Below are positions 1-9,396 of a stretch of 32,000 bases of DNA, in pieces. The notes beneath the pieces were generated by a model. The model searched no databases. It was given only the letters and a program-made list of their open reading frames with translations, and was not told the origin of the DNA. This DNA comes from Candidatus Thorarchaeota archaeon (lineage in GTDB: Archaea > Asgardarchaeota > Thorarchaeia > Thorarchaeales > Thorarchaeaceae): assembly GCA_008080745.1 (NCBI GenBank), contig SHMX01000004.1, positions 270,001-302,000 on the forward strand. Reading direction: 5' to 3'. Position numbers and translations under genes: made by a program. Positions within the stretch are counted from its first letter, which is position 1. The number at the start of each line of letters is the position of its first letter.

Positions 1-1908
1 AAGATATTGTTCATTGAGAGCTGAGACCATAGCAGATATGTCCTTTTTTGATCTCCCTGCAATTACAACCTCAAATGTATCGCTAATTAGAAATGATAAG
101 GCATTAAGCATCATCGTATACGCTGTTGGATTCTGTAGTATATCAGTTGAAAAGAAGTGAATGATCTCAGATGCTTTGTCCTCTAATTTTGCTTGTCCTA
201 TTAGTCTGGCCAACCTAACTAGATTATAAGAAGCAACGGAATTGCCTGAGGGAATAGCACCATCATATGCATCTTTTTGTCTCGTAAGTAGATCTTCAGC
301 ATGATCTGCAGTAAAGAATAAAGCTCCTTGTTCTTCATCCCAAAAATAGGCTAACATATTTTGAGCAATATCTTTTGCTAATTCAAGATAATCCGGGTTC
401 AGGGAAGCTTGATAGGTCTCCAAGAAACCCCATAATAGAAATGCATAGTCGTCCAGAAATCCAGTAATTGTTATCTCATCGTCTTTCATTCGATGGTAGA
501 GTATATCGTCTGAATACATCTTTTCAGCAATCATATCAGCTGCATTTTCAGCCATCTTGATATATTCGGATTCTCCAAGTACTCTGCCAGCGTAAGCGAG
601 AGCCGCAATCATCAATCCGTTCATATCAGCTAAAATTTTATCATCTGTGAGCGGATGAACTCGTGTTTTTCTCGCTCGAAATAGTTTCTCTCGAATGGTT
701 TCAATGATCTTGCTAAGCTCCTTCTTGTCCATTCCCAGTTTTTTTGCATAAACCTCGATTTTATAGATGAGATGGGGAATATTCATTCCAGTTGGTTCTC
801 TACTGGACTCGTCCAAGAAGTTCCCATTTTCTTTGATGTTAAAAATCTCCTTTGCTATCTGAAATTCCTTGTCCTCTAGAATCTCCTCAATTTCCTTTTG
901 TGCCCAGACATAGAATTTACCCTCTTCACCTTCGCTATCCGCATCTTGCGCAGTATAGAAGAGACCTTCATCACTTGTCATTTCTCGATTCACATAAGTG
1001 ACGATTTCACGAACTGTTTCAGCATATTCTTTCTCACCTGTAATTTGATATGCTTCAGAATATGCGATTATTAGCATAGCTTGATCGTAAATCATTTTCT
1101 CAAAGTGAGGGAGCAACCACTCGCGGTCCGTAGAATATCGATGAAATCCAAATCCTATCTGGTCATAGACACCTCCTTTTCTCATCTCTGTTAGTGTCTT
1201 TTCGACCATTGCCAAGGCGTTTTTTTCTCCGGTTTCTTTCCAGTATCTTAGTAGAAATAATAGATTATGTGGGGATGGAAATTTTGGAGCGATTCCAAAT
1301 CCTCCAAGTTCTGAATCAAATCTTTGGAGTAAAGTATCATACGCTCTTCTGAGAATTGACCTGTCTAGTTCCTCTTTTTCTTTATCTTGGCGGATTGAGA
1401 AGTTCTCTCTGATTTGTTTTGTTACATCCTCTACTTTGTATCGTTGATCTTCCCAGATTTTTTCAATCGCAGGTATCAGCTTTTTCATCCCCATTTGACC
1501 ATACTTGTCTTCTTTAGGGATGTAGGTGGCAGCAAAGAATGGTTCCTTATCAGGTGTCATAATTATAGTTAGTGGCCATCCACCACGACCTGTCATCATC
1601 TGTGCAACCTGCATGTATATCTTATCTATATCTGGTCGTTCCTCTCTATCCACTTTGATATTGATGAAGGTTTCATTCATCATCTTTGCTATTTCTGGGT
1701 CTTCAAAAGATTCGTGTTCGAAAACATGACACCAATGACAAGTACTATACCCTATAGAAAGAAAGATGGGTTTATCCTGTTTTTTTGCTGTTTCAAATGC
1801 CTCATCTGACCAGGGATACCAATCTACTGGATTGTATGCATGTTGTTGGAGGTATGGGCTTTTCTCATCAATCAATCTGTTTGGCTTTTTATCCGACTCT
1901 TTTGCCAC
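1..1908 (-). CDS. Thioredoxin-domain-containing protein, YyaL/SPATA20 (DUF255 + alpha/alpha-barrel) family; 3' end runs off the window
   Basis: Manually translated; absent from the ORF track because there is no stop in the window. GTG start at 1908, then [98 protein letters not shown]. All are hallmark YyaL motifs. The frame reads open to position 1. Confidence 0.92.
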   Translation of the reverse strand, partial: MAKESDKKPNRLIDEKSPYLQQHAYNPVDWYPWSDEAFETAKKQDKPIFLSIGYSTCHWCHVFEHESFEDPEIAKMMNETFINIKVDREERPDIDKIYMQVAQMMTGRGGWPLTIIMTPDKEPFFAATYIPKEDKYGQMGMKKLIPAIEKIWEDQRYKVEDVTKQIRENFSIRQDKEKEELDRSILRRAYDTLLQRFDSELGGFGIAPKFPSPHNLLFLLRYWKETGEKNALAMVEKTLTEMRKGGVYDQIGFGFHRYSTDREWLLPHFEKMIYDQAMLIIAYSEAYQITGEKEYAETVREIVTYVNREMTSDEGLFYTAQDADSEGEEGKFYVWAQKEIEEILEDKEFQIAKEIFNIKENGNFLDESSREPTGMNIPHLIYKIEVYAKKLGMDKKELSKIIETIREKLFRARKTRVHPLTDDKILADMNGLMIAALAYAGRVLGESEYIKMAENAADMIAEKMYSDDILYHRMKDDEITITGFLDDYAFLLWGFLETYQASLNPDYLELAKDIAQNMLAYFWDEEQGALFFTADHAEDLLTRQKDAYDGAIPSGNSVASYNLVRLARLIGQAKLEDKASEIIHFFSTDILQNPTAYTMMLNALSFLISDTFEVVIAGRSKKDISAMVSALNEQYL

Positions 1909-2024
1909 ATCTATTACCCAAATAACGTAACAATAGTTAACTTATTAAGGTATTCATTGTGAGCATTTTGAGGTTGCTAAAAAGTGTCTTTCCACAGACA
2001 TAGAAAGCAGTATTTTGCAATTGG

Positions 2025-2939
2025 TCATCGTACTGGTACTAATTCTTCATTGATCAGTTGAATAAGATTTTTTTCAATCAATGAATTAATGTGGTGTTCA
2101 ACCATCCATTTCTCGAACTGCATGTATACAATATTGGATAGAGATGGATAGATGACAGGACTGAGAATGATATCATATACCGTTTTTGCTCCATTGGCAA
2201 TTGACGCAAAAATAATGTCCTCTCTATATTGAATCTGTTGGGAGTATTCTGACAAATTCTTTTTGTAATCTCTAACGACAGGCTCTTCCAAATGCCCGCT
2301 TATGTATATGTCATAATCTGTCTGTTGAAGTTCTCTAATTGAACTTCGAAAGTCTTTGATTGAGGAGTTAGGGTGACCATAGAATGGCCCAAAAGGGGTA
2401 CAGTCAATGTCTGCTGCAAAGATAGCATTCATCTCTAGAATCTCAATACACATATGATCTGGTAAATGTCCTGGAGTATATTTTATCCTGAGTGTGAGGT
2501 TTCCCAGAGTGAATTTATCGCCATCATGCAATTCTTCATCGACTCTTCCCTCATCCAAAGCACCAAACATCCTCTCATCGACTAGTTTTTCCCATGCAGC
2601 TCTTACTGGGTGATATTTTTCGAATCCCAAAAACTGTTTCATTTTTTCCTTGTCGTTGAATAATGGTGCAGTTATTGTATTGGTCGCGATTCTGCACTTT
2701 GATAGTCTATGTATTCGCATGGTATGTGTAATATGGTCGGGGTGGATATGACTGAGAATAATTGTGTCGATATCTTTTAGATCTTTGTCATATCCTTGTA
2801 ACAGTTTCCTTAACGGTTCGATTTTGCAACCTGGGTCTACTAGGACAATCTCGTCATTAAAAATCACGAGTGTGTTACAATAGGGAAACTCTCCACCTAT
2901 AACAAGATGGACATCATTTCCAATATCTACTATCCTCAT
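2025..2939 (-). CDS. Metallo-beta-lactamase fold hydrolase (glyoxalase II-like, probable C-terminal winged helix)
   Basis: HxHxDH motif (SHIHPDH), TPGH, AADID and ISGH metal-ligand segments. Confidence 0.85.
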   Translation of the reverse strand: MRIVDIGNDVHLVIGGEFPYCNTLVIFNDEIVLVDPGCKIEPLRKLLQGYDKDLKDIDTIILSHIHPDHITHTMRIHRLSKCRIATNTITAPLFNDKEKMKQFLGFEKYHPVRAAWEKLVDERMFGALDEGRVDEELHDGDKFTLGNLTLRIKYTPGHLPDHMCIEILEMNAIFAADIDCTPFGPFYGHPNSSIKDFRSSIRELQQTDYDIYISGHLEEPVVRDYKKNLSEYSQQIQYREDIIFASIANGAKTVYDIILSPVIYPSLSNIVYMQFEKWMVEHHINSLIEKNLIQLINEELVPVR

Positions 2940-2960
2940 ATCATATAATTATACACTTGA

Positions 2961-3004
2961 AGAAATAAAAAGGAGCTTGGGTCTGGCGGTCTGAACAGGC
3001 CAGA
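2961..3004 (-). terminator. Putative terminator hairpin plus U-rich tract downstream of the 3023-3412 gene
   Basis: tctggc (2982-2987) pairs with gccaga (2999-3004), with an inner ctg/cag. On the minus strand it is followed by CTTTTTATTTCT (2972-2961). That tract may double as the TATA box of the MBL gene. Confidence 0.4.
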
Positions 3005-3022
3005 GCACCAGTATCCCAGTAT

Positions 3023-3412
3023 TCAAGAAGTCCGAACTCGTACTTCTGCTGCGCTCCTTACGGTTTGACGCCAGGTTCGGAAATTGCTCCACATTACTGG
3101 AATCATAGCAGAAAGAAGGAGGAACATAATGAGCAAGGTGTTTACAACCACTACTGTATTGGCTGGAGTACGTCCTGCAAGAAGACCATCTATCCAGATT
3201 CCTTCCATTACCATTAGCACTGCGGGAACCATGGAGATAGTCAATGCTAGAAAAACAAAGAATCCTCGTGCTGGTGATGCTTGGATGAATCTAGCAAATG
3301 CCCCAAGAAATCGATGCTTCTGCCACCTTGTACCTTCCTGCACTATCCAGAAAATGACGAACAGGATCACGATTACAATTAAGGGAATAGACATAATTTC
3401 AAATAATACCAT
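3023..3412 (-). CDS. Hypothetical membrane protein (about 3 TM helices)
   Basis: 129-aa ORF with three hydrophobic stretches. GGGAG RBS-like sequence upstream of the ATG and TTTATA at 3464-3459. Confidence 0.65.
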   Translation of the reverse strand: MVLFEIMSIPLIVIVILFVIFWIVQEGTRWQKHRFLGAFARFIQASPARGFFVFLALTISMVPAVLMVMEGIWIDGLLAGRTPANTVVVVNTLLIMFLLLSAMIPVMWSNFRTWRQTVRSAAEVRVRTS

Positions 3413-3540
3413 TCTGGTGCGCTCCCTTTATTCTAACCTCAAGCCTCACAATGTCACCTATAAAGGCTTCTGTCTGAGTGTTTACAAATTGTTTGTACTC
3501 ACTTCGAAGCAAGTTTAAATCTGGGTTCGACAAGTATCAT

Positions 3541-3942
3541 ATGAACTCAACTAGAAGGGTGATGAATGTGAATATATCGATTGGTAGTACTAAGTTAACA
3601 GATTTGTTGCGTGTCATTCCAATATTCGGTCTACTGCTCTATTATATTGGAGGCTTAATAGTGAGCCTAGATGTTTCAAATAATATCGTTTTTGTTCTAC
3701 AGGTGGTTTTGTTTTCACTTCTCTTGGTGGTAGGTCTTTTCATATATCACAGAATTGCAGTGATGATTGGTTCTGTTCTAGCTATTATTGGCACAGCTGG
3801 ACCTATTGCACAACTCCTGTTGACATTATTAGATGGGTGGGTTGGTGCCAGCGCTCTGGGAGGTATTCTGGTTCTGATAGCGGACATTCTCTTTGTCATA
3901 ACCTTATTCGCATGGGCGAAACAAAATGACTTGGAGGCGTAA
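3541..3942 (+). CDS. Hypothetical membrane protein (about 4 TM helices)
   Basis: Four hydrophobic segments. Start moved from 3478 to ATG 3541; GTG 3568 after a GGGTGA RBS is an alternative. TTTAAA box at 3514-3519. Confidence 0.6.
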   Translation: MNSTRRVMNVNISIGSTKLTDLLRVIPIFGLLLYYIGGLIVSLDVSNNIVFVLQVVLFSLLLVVGLFIYHRIAVMIGSVLAIIGTAGPIAQLLLTLLDGWVGASALGGILVLIADILFVITLFAWAKQNDLEA

Positions 3943-3968
3943 TCGAGATAATCGGTTAACTAAATCTC

Positions 3969-5042
3969 TCATCTGTAGTCCAAACGCCTCTCCATCAATT
4001 CACTCCCTGTTGTCCAATCTCCATCTACGGATGTCTTTTGACCACTTGGTTTAATCTTTGTCTTTTTTGTTGTTACTTCTCTTTGGTCTGTTTCTAACCT
4101 CTCAGACACAGAGTCACTCGAAATCCGTACAGCTTCCAAAATATTATGAATATAGAGATAAACAAAGAATTCCTTCCCATAGACTGCACGATTCTTTCGC
4201 AGATTATGTAACATTCTACAACCTTCGCAATCGCATTTTGAAAAATCAACCAATCTTACCGGTCTAGAATTAATGCCAATCAGATACTTCTTTCTTGCTG
4301 ATAAATAGAGTAACAATGAAGTGTCTACGGAGTCGAAACCCAATTTTCGAAGATAATACGTAAGGAGAAAAACCCGGGGAAGACCAAAGGTATGAAGCCA
4401 ATATCCTGTCGTAATCTCTCTGCTTTTTTGCAATACTTGCTCGAATAACTTTGTATCATATCGATAGAGTGGAATTACGCCTCCTCTTGCAAAGTACCGA
4501 ATTCCGCACTCTTTATAGAAATCGAATAGAGATTCGATAGTTTGTGAATTGCATCCTTGGATTACCCCTATGACCTGACTACTTGGAAAAAAACTCAATA
4601 TCTGTAGCAAATTATTCTTGATCTTCGTCACCTTTTTTCTTACGATATCTTTGGTGTCAAGAGGAGATATGATTTCATCAGGAGCCACAAAGAAATCAGC
4701 ACCGGATATCTCATAAGCCTGAAATATTTCTTCATTTGACAATTCGAAATCAACATTGATTCCAAGTTTATTAGAGATACCCGCCTTTTTGGCTTCTACT
4801 TCAAAAATCCCTGTATCAGCCATCAGAGTTACATCTTTTGGAAAACCTAACTCCATTAGCCCCTCTTTGAGGGTCTTGCCCTCTCGCATCATTTCATCTA
4901 TCCAAAAAGAACTGGATCTATACACATCGTAAGCCGTGAAGAGGATAGACTTGGTATATTTCCAGCTGATAAGTGGCTCCTCTCTAAATAGAAAGAACGA
5001 ACAGAAATGATTCTTTGGTATCAATCTTGATAGCTTCTTCAT
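3969..5042 (-). CDS. tRNA-guanine transglycosylase (TGT)-fold protein, catalytic core only; substrate unknown
   Basis: Motifs in TGT order: MADTGIFE (cf. DSGGF), APDE, GVIQG, RGGV, HTFG, FDSVDTS (nucleophile Asp), and a Zn site CDCEGC...HN. No PUA or archaeosine-TGT C-terminal domains. Confidence 0.75.
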   Translation of the reverse strand: MKKLSRLIPKNHFCSFFLFREEPLISWKYTKSILFTAYDVYRSSSFWIDEMMREGKTLKEGLMELGFPKDVTLMADTGIFEVEAKKAGISNKLGINVDFELSNEEIFQAYEISGADFFVAPDEIISPLDTKDIVRKKVTKIKNNLLQILSFFPSSQVIGVIQGCNSQTIESLFDFYKECGIRYFARGGVIPLYRYDTKLFEQVLQKSREITTGYWLHTFGLPRVFLLTYYLRKLGFDSVDTSLLLYLSARKKYLIGINSRPVRLVDFSKCDCEGCRMLHNLRKNRAVYGKEFFVYLYIHNILEAVRISSDSVSERLETDQREVTTKKTKIKPSGQKTSVDGDWTTGSELMERRLDYR

Positions 5043-5048
5043 GCCCTA

Positions 5049-5097
5049 TTTGCCCCCGGAACAGGAACGCCCCTCGTTCGGCTGCTGGCGGCGCAAA
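5049..5097 (-). promoter_or_regulatory. GC-rich stem-loop forming the 5' leader of the TGT-like gene
   Basis: The minus strand folds as UUUGC/GCAAA, CC/GG twice, AGCAG/CUGUU (G-U pair only on this strand) and GAACG/CGUUC. It ends 6 nt before the ATG at 5042. TTTATAA box at 5124-5118. Confidence 0.45.
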
Positions 5098-5197
5098 GTT
5101 TTATGCCATATCAGGTCTTATAAACTACACAAATTCGACTATACTCTATTCGTTAACTCTATATTGGTTTCAGATATCTTATTCTTGGGATTTTACA

Positions 5198-5785
5198 ATG
5201 GCAAAAACTTGGTTTACGAGAAAGGCATTCTGTTACTTCGGAGGCGCTTTCATTATTTTACTTGGGGGCGCAATTGTAGTGCTAGCTCCTTACAATTACA
5301 TCGGTTATGTGGCTACCAGTACAGACGATGGACCTTTTTACATATACGACCGGCCAGGATATTATCCTCAACTTGAGATTGCTGTGTCGGTGAGTCCACA
5401 GAATAGTACGAATATCGATATAGATATTCTAGTAGTTAATGATATTACAAACGATGAGCAGTGGGCCAACTTCTCTCTGGGTCCTTCAGATGCGGTCTCT
5501 CATGGAGAATATGAAAAATATGAGGATCGAATAGTATTAGATGTAGATTATGGGAACTACACAATTTCGGTTGAGCATATTGATGGGGCAAGTTGGTTTG
5601 ATATTGGCCTCAAGCAGATGAGCGATTCTCGGCTCTACATTGTCACCGGAGGTTCGATGAATATAATTGGGCTCATTATGGGTGCTGTTGGTTATTTCCT
5701 TCCTGGCTCCATGATTCCATCTGGTGATGAAGTGATTGTAGATTGGGGATTCGATGAAGACGAGGAGTACGAATACGAAAGTTAA
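5198..5785 (+). CDS. Hypothetical membrane protein: N- and C-terminal TM helices, beta-rich extracytoplasmic domain, acidic tail
   Basis: Start reassigned to ATG 5198 (MAKTWF), since the upstream part overlaps the divergent intergenic region. TM segments at both ends; C-terminus DWGFDEDEEYEYES. Confidence 0.65.
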   Translation: MAKTWFTRKAFCYFGGAFIILLGGAIVVLAPYNYIGYVATSTDDGPFYIYDRPGYYPQLEIAVSVSPQNSTNIDIDILVVNDITNDEQWANFSLGPSDAVSHGEYEKYEDRIVLDVDYGNYTISVEHIDGASWFDIGLKQMSDSRLYIVTGGSMNIIGLIMGAVGYFLPGSMIPSGDEVIVDWGFDEDEEYEYES

Positions 5786-5799
5786 CCCTCATTAGGTGA

Positions 5800-5822
5800 A
5801 TTGACTCCGTCATGGAGTCAAT
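5800..5822. terminator. Perfect 9-bp inverted repeat after the 5785 stop (terminator or operator)
   Basis: attgactcc-gtcat-ggagtcaat. Confidence 0.4.
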
Positions 5823-5905
5823 ATTACACACCGTGTGTTACACTGGTTATCTTAGGGTCTTACACAATCTAATCTATGTATGATGTAACTCAAGCATGAG
5901 CAGCC

Positions 5906-6136
5906 ATGAAACAAGATGACATGAAGTGGCTCTTGAAGGATAAGCTGGTTCGTGACTTCAAGGGTTTCACCATTGGCAAAGTGAAGAAAATTTGGTTCGA
6001 CGAGAATGATGGTCCACTAGTAGTAGTGGAACGCGATTCTGATAGACTAACATCATCATGGGAAGCTATTCCTCTTCGCGAAATCGCATCAGTTCAAGAT
6101 GATGTCCGACTGAAGCCACCCATTTTTGGCGAATAA
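5906..6136 (+). CDS. PRC-barrel domain protein
   Basis: 76 aa with the typical PRC pattern: L.dK.VrD..G..IGKVK.I.FD...G.lvvv...IPl..I..V.DdV.L. Confidence 0.7.
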   Translation: MKQDDMKWLLKDKLVRDFKGFTIGKVKKIWFDENDGPLVVVERDSDRLTSSWEAIPLREIASVQDDVRLKPPIFGE

Positions 6137-6218
6137 TGAAACTATGATTCTGTGGTGCTTAAGTTCCAATATACAACAAAATAATGAGTCTACAGATAGT
6201 GAAAGAGGTTCTGTGGCA

Positions 6219-6566
6219 ATGAACGAGAAAAGTAATGACCCATATGGTTCTCCCAAACCATTGAATACTGATAATCCCAATAGACCCACCATAATAACCG
6301 TCTATACCATGAAGAAATGTGCTTTTTGCGATGTTGCAGTGCAGACCCTTCGGGAAGTTACCAAGACCGCAGAATCCTCTAGACTTATTCCAAAGATAAT
6401 AGAATCCTCTTTAGATAGGGCCCCGGAACTAATGGAAGAAATGAGCATAGAAGGAATTCCTACAATTATTCTGGGCAATTCACGAATTGTGGGTCTTCCT
6501 ACCAGAGAAGATATTGTGGATTTGCTAAATCGAGAGTTATTTTTAGGTTTGAGCTATGAAGAATAG
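6219..6566 (+). CDS. Thioredoxin/glutaredoxin-like protein
   Basis: VYTMKKCAFC CxxC motif and GIPTIILG cis-Pro loop. Start set at ATG 6219 after GAGG. Confidence 0.75.
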   Translation: MNEKSNDPYGSPKPLNTDNPNRPTIITVYTMKKCAFCDVAVQTLREVTKTAESSRLIPKIIESSLDRAPELMEEMSIEGIPTIILGNSRIVGLPTREDIVDLLNRELFLGLSYEE

Positions 6567-6567
6567 T

Positions 6568-7332
6568 TCAACAATAATCCAATCCCAAGAGTTGCCATGC
6601 ATTCTGCTGTCTTACTAATCTGCTAGACTCGATGTTTAGATTGATCATATTCAACGCAGCCATCAAGTCTGGATATTCCGAGTGATGTTCTGAGCCAAAC
6701 ACCAATTTACTCACTCCTACTTCTTGTATCATTGCATCAAGAAACATTCTGAGTGGGGATTCAACCAGACGAATTAGAGTGACCGATATCTCACAGTATA
6801 CGTTACGTCTAGTAATCAGTGGGAGTACTTGTGGGAACCCAAATAGGCCCCCCATGTGCAAAATTATGAATTTGCCATCAGGATAGTGTATTGAAAGCCT
6901 ATCTACAAGTGATAACGTAGCTGCACTCATTTGGTCGCTATGAAAATAAATTGGTAGCTGTAATTCTATTGCTCTATCCACTAATTTGTCAATAGAAGGA
7001 TCCTCAGGGTGATACATCTTATCATCTAGCACCAATGCAACAGCTCCATCATTGAAATACAGATCCAATTTCTTGAGAGCATCATCTAAAGGACGTGGGG
7101 ATATTGAACAAGCATAATGAATACGATCGGGAGTGATGTGGCTAGCATCTGCATATAGTTTGGTTGGAATAACTGGCTCAATGGGGGTTAATACTACATG
7201 ACGAATACCGAAAGTATCCATCCGGTCCAACAGGATATCTACCTGCTCAGGAAGGTCTTTTTCCTCAACTCGGTCTATTGTCATTCGTTGAGTTCCCAGA
7301 TGCGTGTGAATATCTGTAGTCATAGTATACAA
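6568..7332 (-). CDS. Amidohydrolase family (amidohydrolase_2-like TIM barrel) protein
   Basis: DIHTH at beta1, IYFH, ILHMG, VYCEIS, KLVFGSE. Confidence 0.75.
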   Translation of the reverse strand: MYTMTTDIHTHLGTQRMTIDRVEEKDLPEQVDILLDRMDTFGIRHVVLTPIEPVIPTKLYADASHITPDRIHYACSISPRPLDDALKKLDLYFNDGAVALVLDDKMYHPEDPSIDKLVDRAIELQLPIYFHSDQMSAATLSLVDRLSIHYPDGKFIILHMGGLFGFPQVLPLITRRNVYCEISVTLIRLVESPLRMFLDAMIQEVGVSKLVFGSEHHSEYPDLMAALNMINLNIESSRLVRQQNAWQLLGLDYC

Positions 7333-7432
7333 CCATCCATACTACTCATATTCAATTGTATAGCATTATATATTATCTTAGGCTCTAACGTCAGGGATAT
7401 ATACAGGCTCTAGAAATAGGAACCGAATCACG

Positions 7433-8050
7433 TTGACAGAAGACACGCAAAGGAGTCTTGAGTGGCACTTACGAGAGATCTCCAAGGCAATCAATGAAGA
7501 TCAATATATGATAATGGAATTTCTATCTCCTATCGTGGATGGGTGTCGAGCTGCATTCAACGTAGACCTAGATAGAGCTAGAAATATTCACAAGTTATCC
7601 GAAGATGAATTTCAAGAGTATATGGATATGATTGGTGATTCGTATGAGAATCTCAGTATTTGTTTTAAAGATCTAGATGGAAATATCTTCTCTCTCACGT
7701 TTGAGCACGGTTTTACGGAAATCTCTGACGAGTGTATTGATCCTGATGTGGTCATCATAGGAGATCGTGATGCCCTTACGGACCTTCTTGATACCGATTC
7801 AAAAATTTCCCCTGTTGATGCTATAGCCAATAAGACAAAAGTGGTAGGTACTGATACCGACACTGTTGTAGAAGCTCTGGGTTTTTTGGCGTATCCTACA
7901 CTACTCAAGATGGCACAATCAGGGATAGATCCGTCCTCTCTTCTAGCTGAGGACGCAGATTCAGTAATAATGGCAGCCGCAACAGATTTGATTACAAAAA
8001 TGGTTAAGAAATGGGTGGATACACAGTTATCAGAGAAAGAATCTGCTTAG
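7433..8050 (+). CDS. SCP2 (sterol carrier protein 2)-like lipid-binding domain protein
   Basis: TTG start. The central segment FSLTFEHG..EISDECIDPDVVIIGDRDALTDLL...SPVDAIANKTKVVG follows the SCP2 pattern (pdvtitgd.e.l..ll....P..A...k.kv.G). Recognised by eye. Confidence 0.55.
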   Translation: MTEDTQRSLEWHLREISKAINEDQYMIMEFLSPIVDGCRAAFNVDLDRARNIHKLSEDEFQEYMDMIGDSYENLSICFKDLDGNIFSLTFEHGFTEISDECIDPDVVIIGDRDALTDLLDTDSKISPVDAIANKTKVVGTDTDTVVEALGFLAYPTLLKMAQSGIDPSSLLAEDADSVIMAAATDLITKMVKKWVDTQLSEKESA

Positions 8051-9192
8051 AGACCATGATATGGAAATATTATCTCCTCAATTTTCCTAATTTGTCGATC
8101 TAAATCAAGAGTGACGTCTTCACGAGAATAATACATCTGTTCTACGTCATTATTGTCTCGCATTCCTTCTGGGCATCGGTCATAACCCATATTGTTACAG
8201 GCTAAGATGAAGTCATCTGAGAATTTCTGTGGGACTTCTTCATCCAGCATCAAAGCAAGGAATAATGTCCACAATCTAGCAACATTGACAGGATGATAGC
8301 CTCCTCCGCCAACTGCTAACCAACCAATATCACAATATTCTCCTGTAAGGTCTTTCATTTTATTGATTACAGTTTCGTATGCATGAGAAGTGTAGGCAAG
8401 ATGTGCTAAAGGATCCATGAAATGTCCATCTACACCAAGTTGAGTGACTAAAAGATTTGGCCTGAATGATTCGAATAAAGGAACAATTACTTCATTTAGG
8501 ATTCGAACCAGTTCTATGGTTCCTGCTCCAGGAATAACAGGTACATTAACAGAATATCCTACTCCCTCAGCTCCACCCGCTTCGTATACATTTCCTGTTC
8601 CTGGAAATAGTGTCTTCCCAGACTGATGAACTGAGATAGTCATAACATCCTTAGATCTGTAGAACGCATTTTGTACCCCATCGCCATGATGGGCATCAAT
8701 ATCCAAGTAGAGCACTTTGCATTTTTTCTTGTTGAGCAATTGCATTATTGCGATGGCAATATCATTGAATATACAGAAGCCGGAAGCCCGACTTCGTTGG
8801 GCATGATGGAGACCACCCGAGATACAGAAAGCGTTTGAAGCTCCTGCCATTATTTCTTTCATTCCTTCAAGAGTTGCACCAACATATCGTGCTGCAGCAT
8901 CATATATTCGAGGAAAGATGGGATTATCTGGAGTACCCAACCCGTATCTAAGGCTTGCACATGCCTGTTTTCCACAACTGATCACTGCATCTATGAACTC
9001 TGGAGTATGAAAGAGTTCAAGGTCTTGACGAGTGGCTACTTTGGGTTCAATCTGTTTTACTTTATCTAGAAGACCCAACTGCTTTGAGAGCTCGTAGGTT
9101 AATTTCAGTCTATCAGGCTTCAGTGGATGATCTTTCTTAAACTCGTACTGAAGTAGTGCATCGGAATATGGGTAGACTAACTTGCCTCTCAT
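8047..9192 (-). CDS. Zn-dependent deacetylase, class I HDAC / AcuC-like
   Basis: HPLKP.R, GGLHHA, SGFCIFND, DIDAHHGDG, QLGVDGHFMDP and GGGGY are all intact. Start reassigned to ATG 9192 (MRGKLVYPYS), with a TATAAG box at 9225-9220. Confidence 0.9.
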   Translation of the reverse strand: MRGKLVYPYSDALLQYEFKKDHPLKPDRLKLTYELSKQLGLLDKVKQIEPKVATRQDLELFHTPEFIDAVISCGKQACASLRYGLGTPDNPIFPRIYDAAARYVGATLEGMKEIMAGASNAFCISGGLHHAQRSRASGFCIFNDIAIAIMQLLNKKKCKVLYLDIDAHHGDGVQNAFYRSKDVMTISVHQSGKTLFPGTGNVYEAGGAEGVGYSVNVPVIPGAGTIELVRILNEVIVPLFESFRPNLLVTQLGVDGHFMDPLAHLAYTSHAYETVINKMKDLTGEYCDIGWLAVGGGGYHPVNVARLWTLFLALMLDEEVPQKFSDDFILACNNMGYDRCPEGMRDNNDVEQMYYSREDVTLDLDRQIRKIEEIIFPYHGL

Positions 9193-9277
9193 AGTATTAT
9201 CATCTTCTGCATAATCGCGCTTATACCTTATGGCTATGGCTGTCTTACTGTCATAGAGGATAAGAATCAGCACTTGT

Positions 9278-9396
9278 CGTGGTGCGCCCAGGACCCTCAA
9301 CGGAAAGGGTGTTCCTGGGTCGAGATTTGCCATTAGTATCAATGGATTCTCGATCCGATTTATGCCAAAATGGCTCGGACAATATATAGCACCACG
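9278..9396. ncRNA. Candidate structured RNA: four-way junction (8-bp closing helix enclosing three stem-loops)
   Basis: P1 9278-9285/9389-9396. P2 9287-9297/9306-9319. P3 9320-9334/9341-9353. P4 9354-9367/9371-9379. The helices abut with 0-1 nt linkers. No family recognised and the strand is ambiguous. Confidence 0.45.

Noticed and set aside
3969-5042. A dpd-type DNA modification/defence island
   Set aside because: No dpdB/C, queC/D/E, folE, helicase or nuclease genes nearby.
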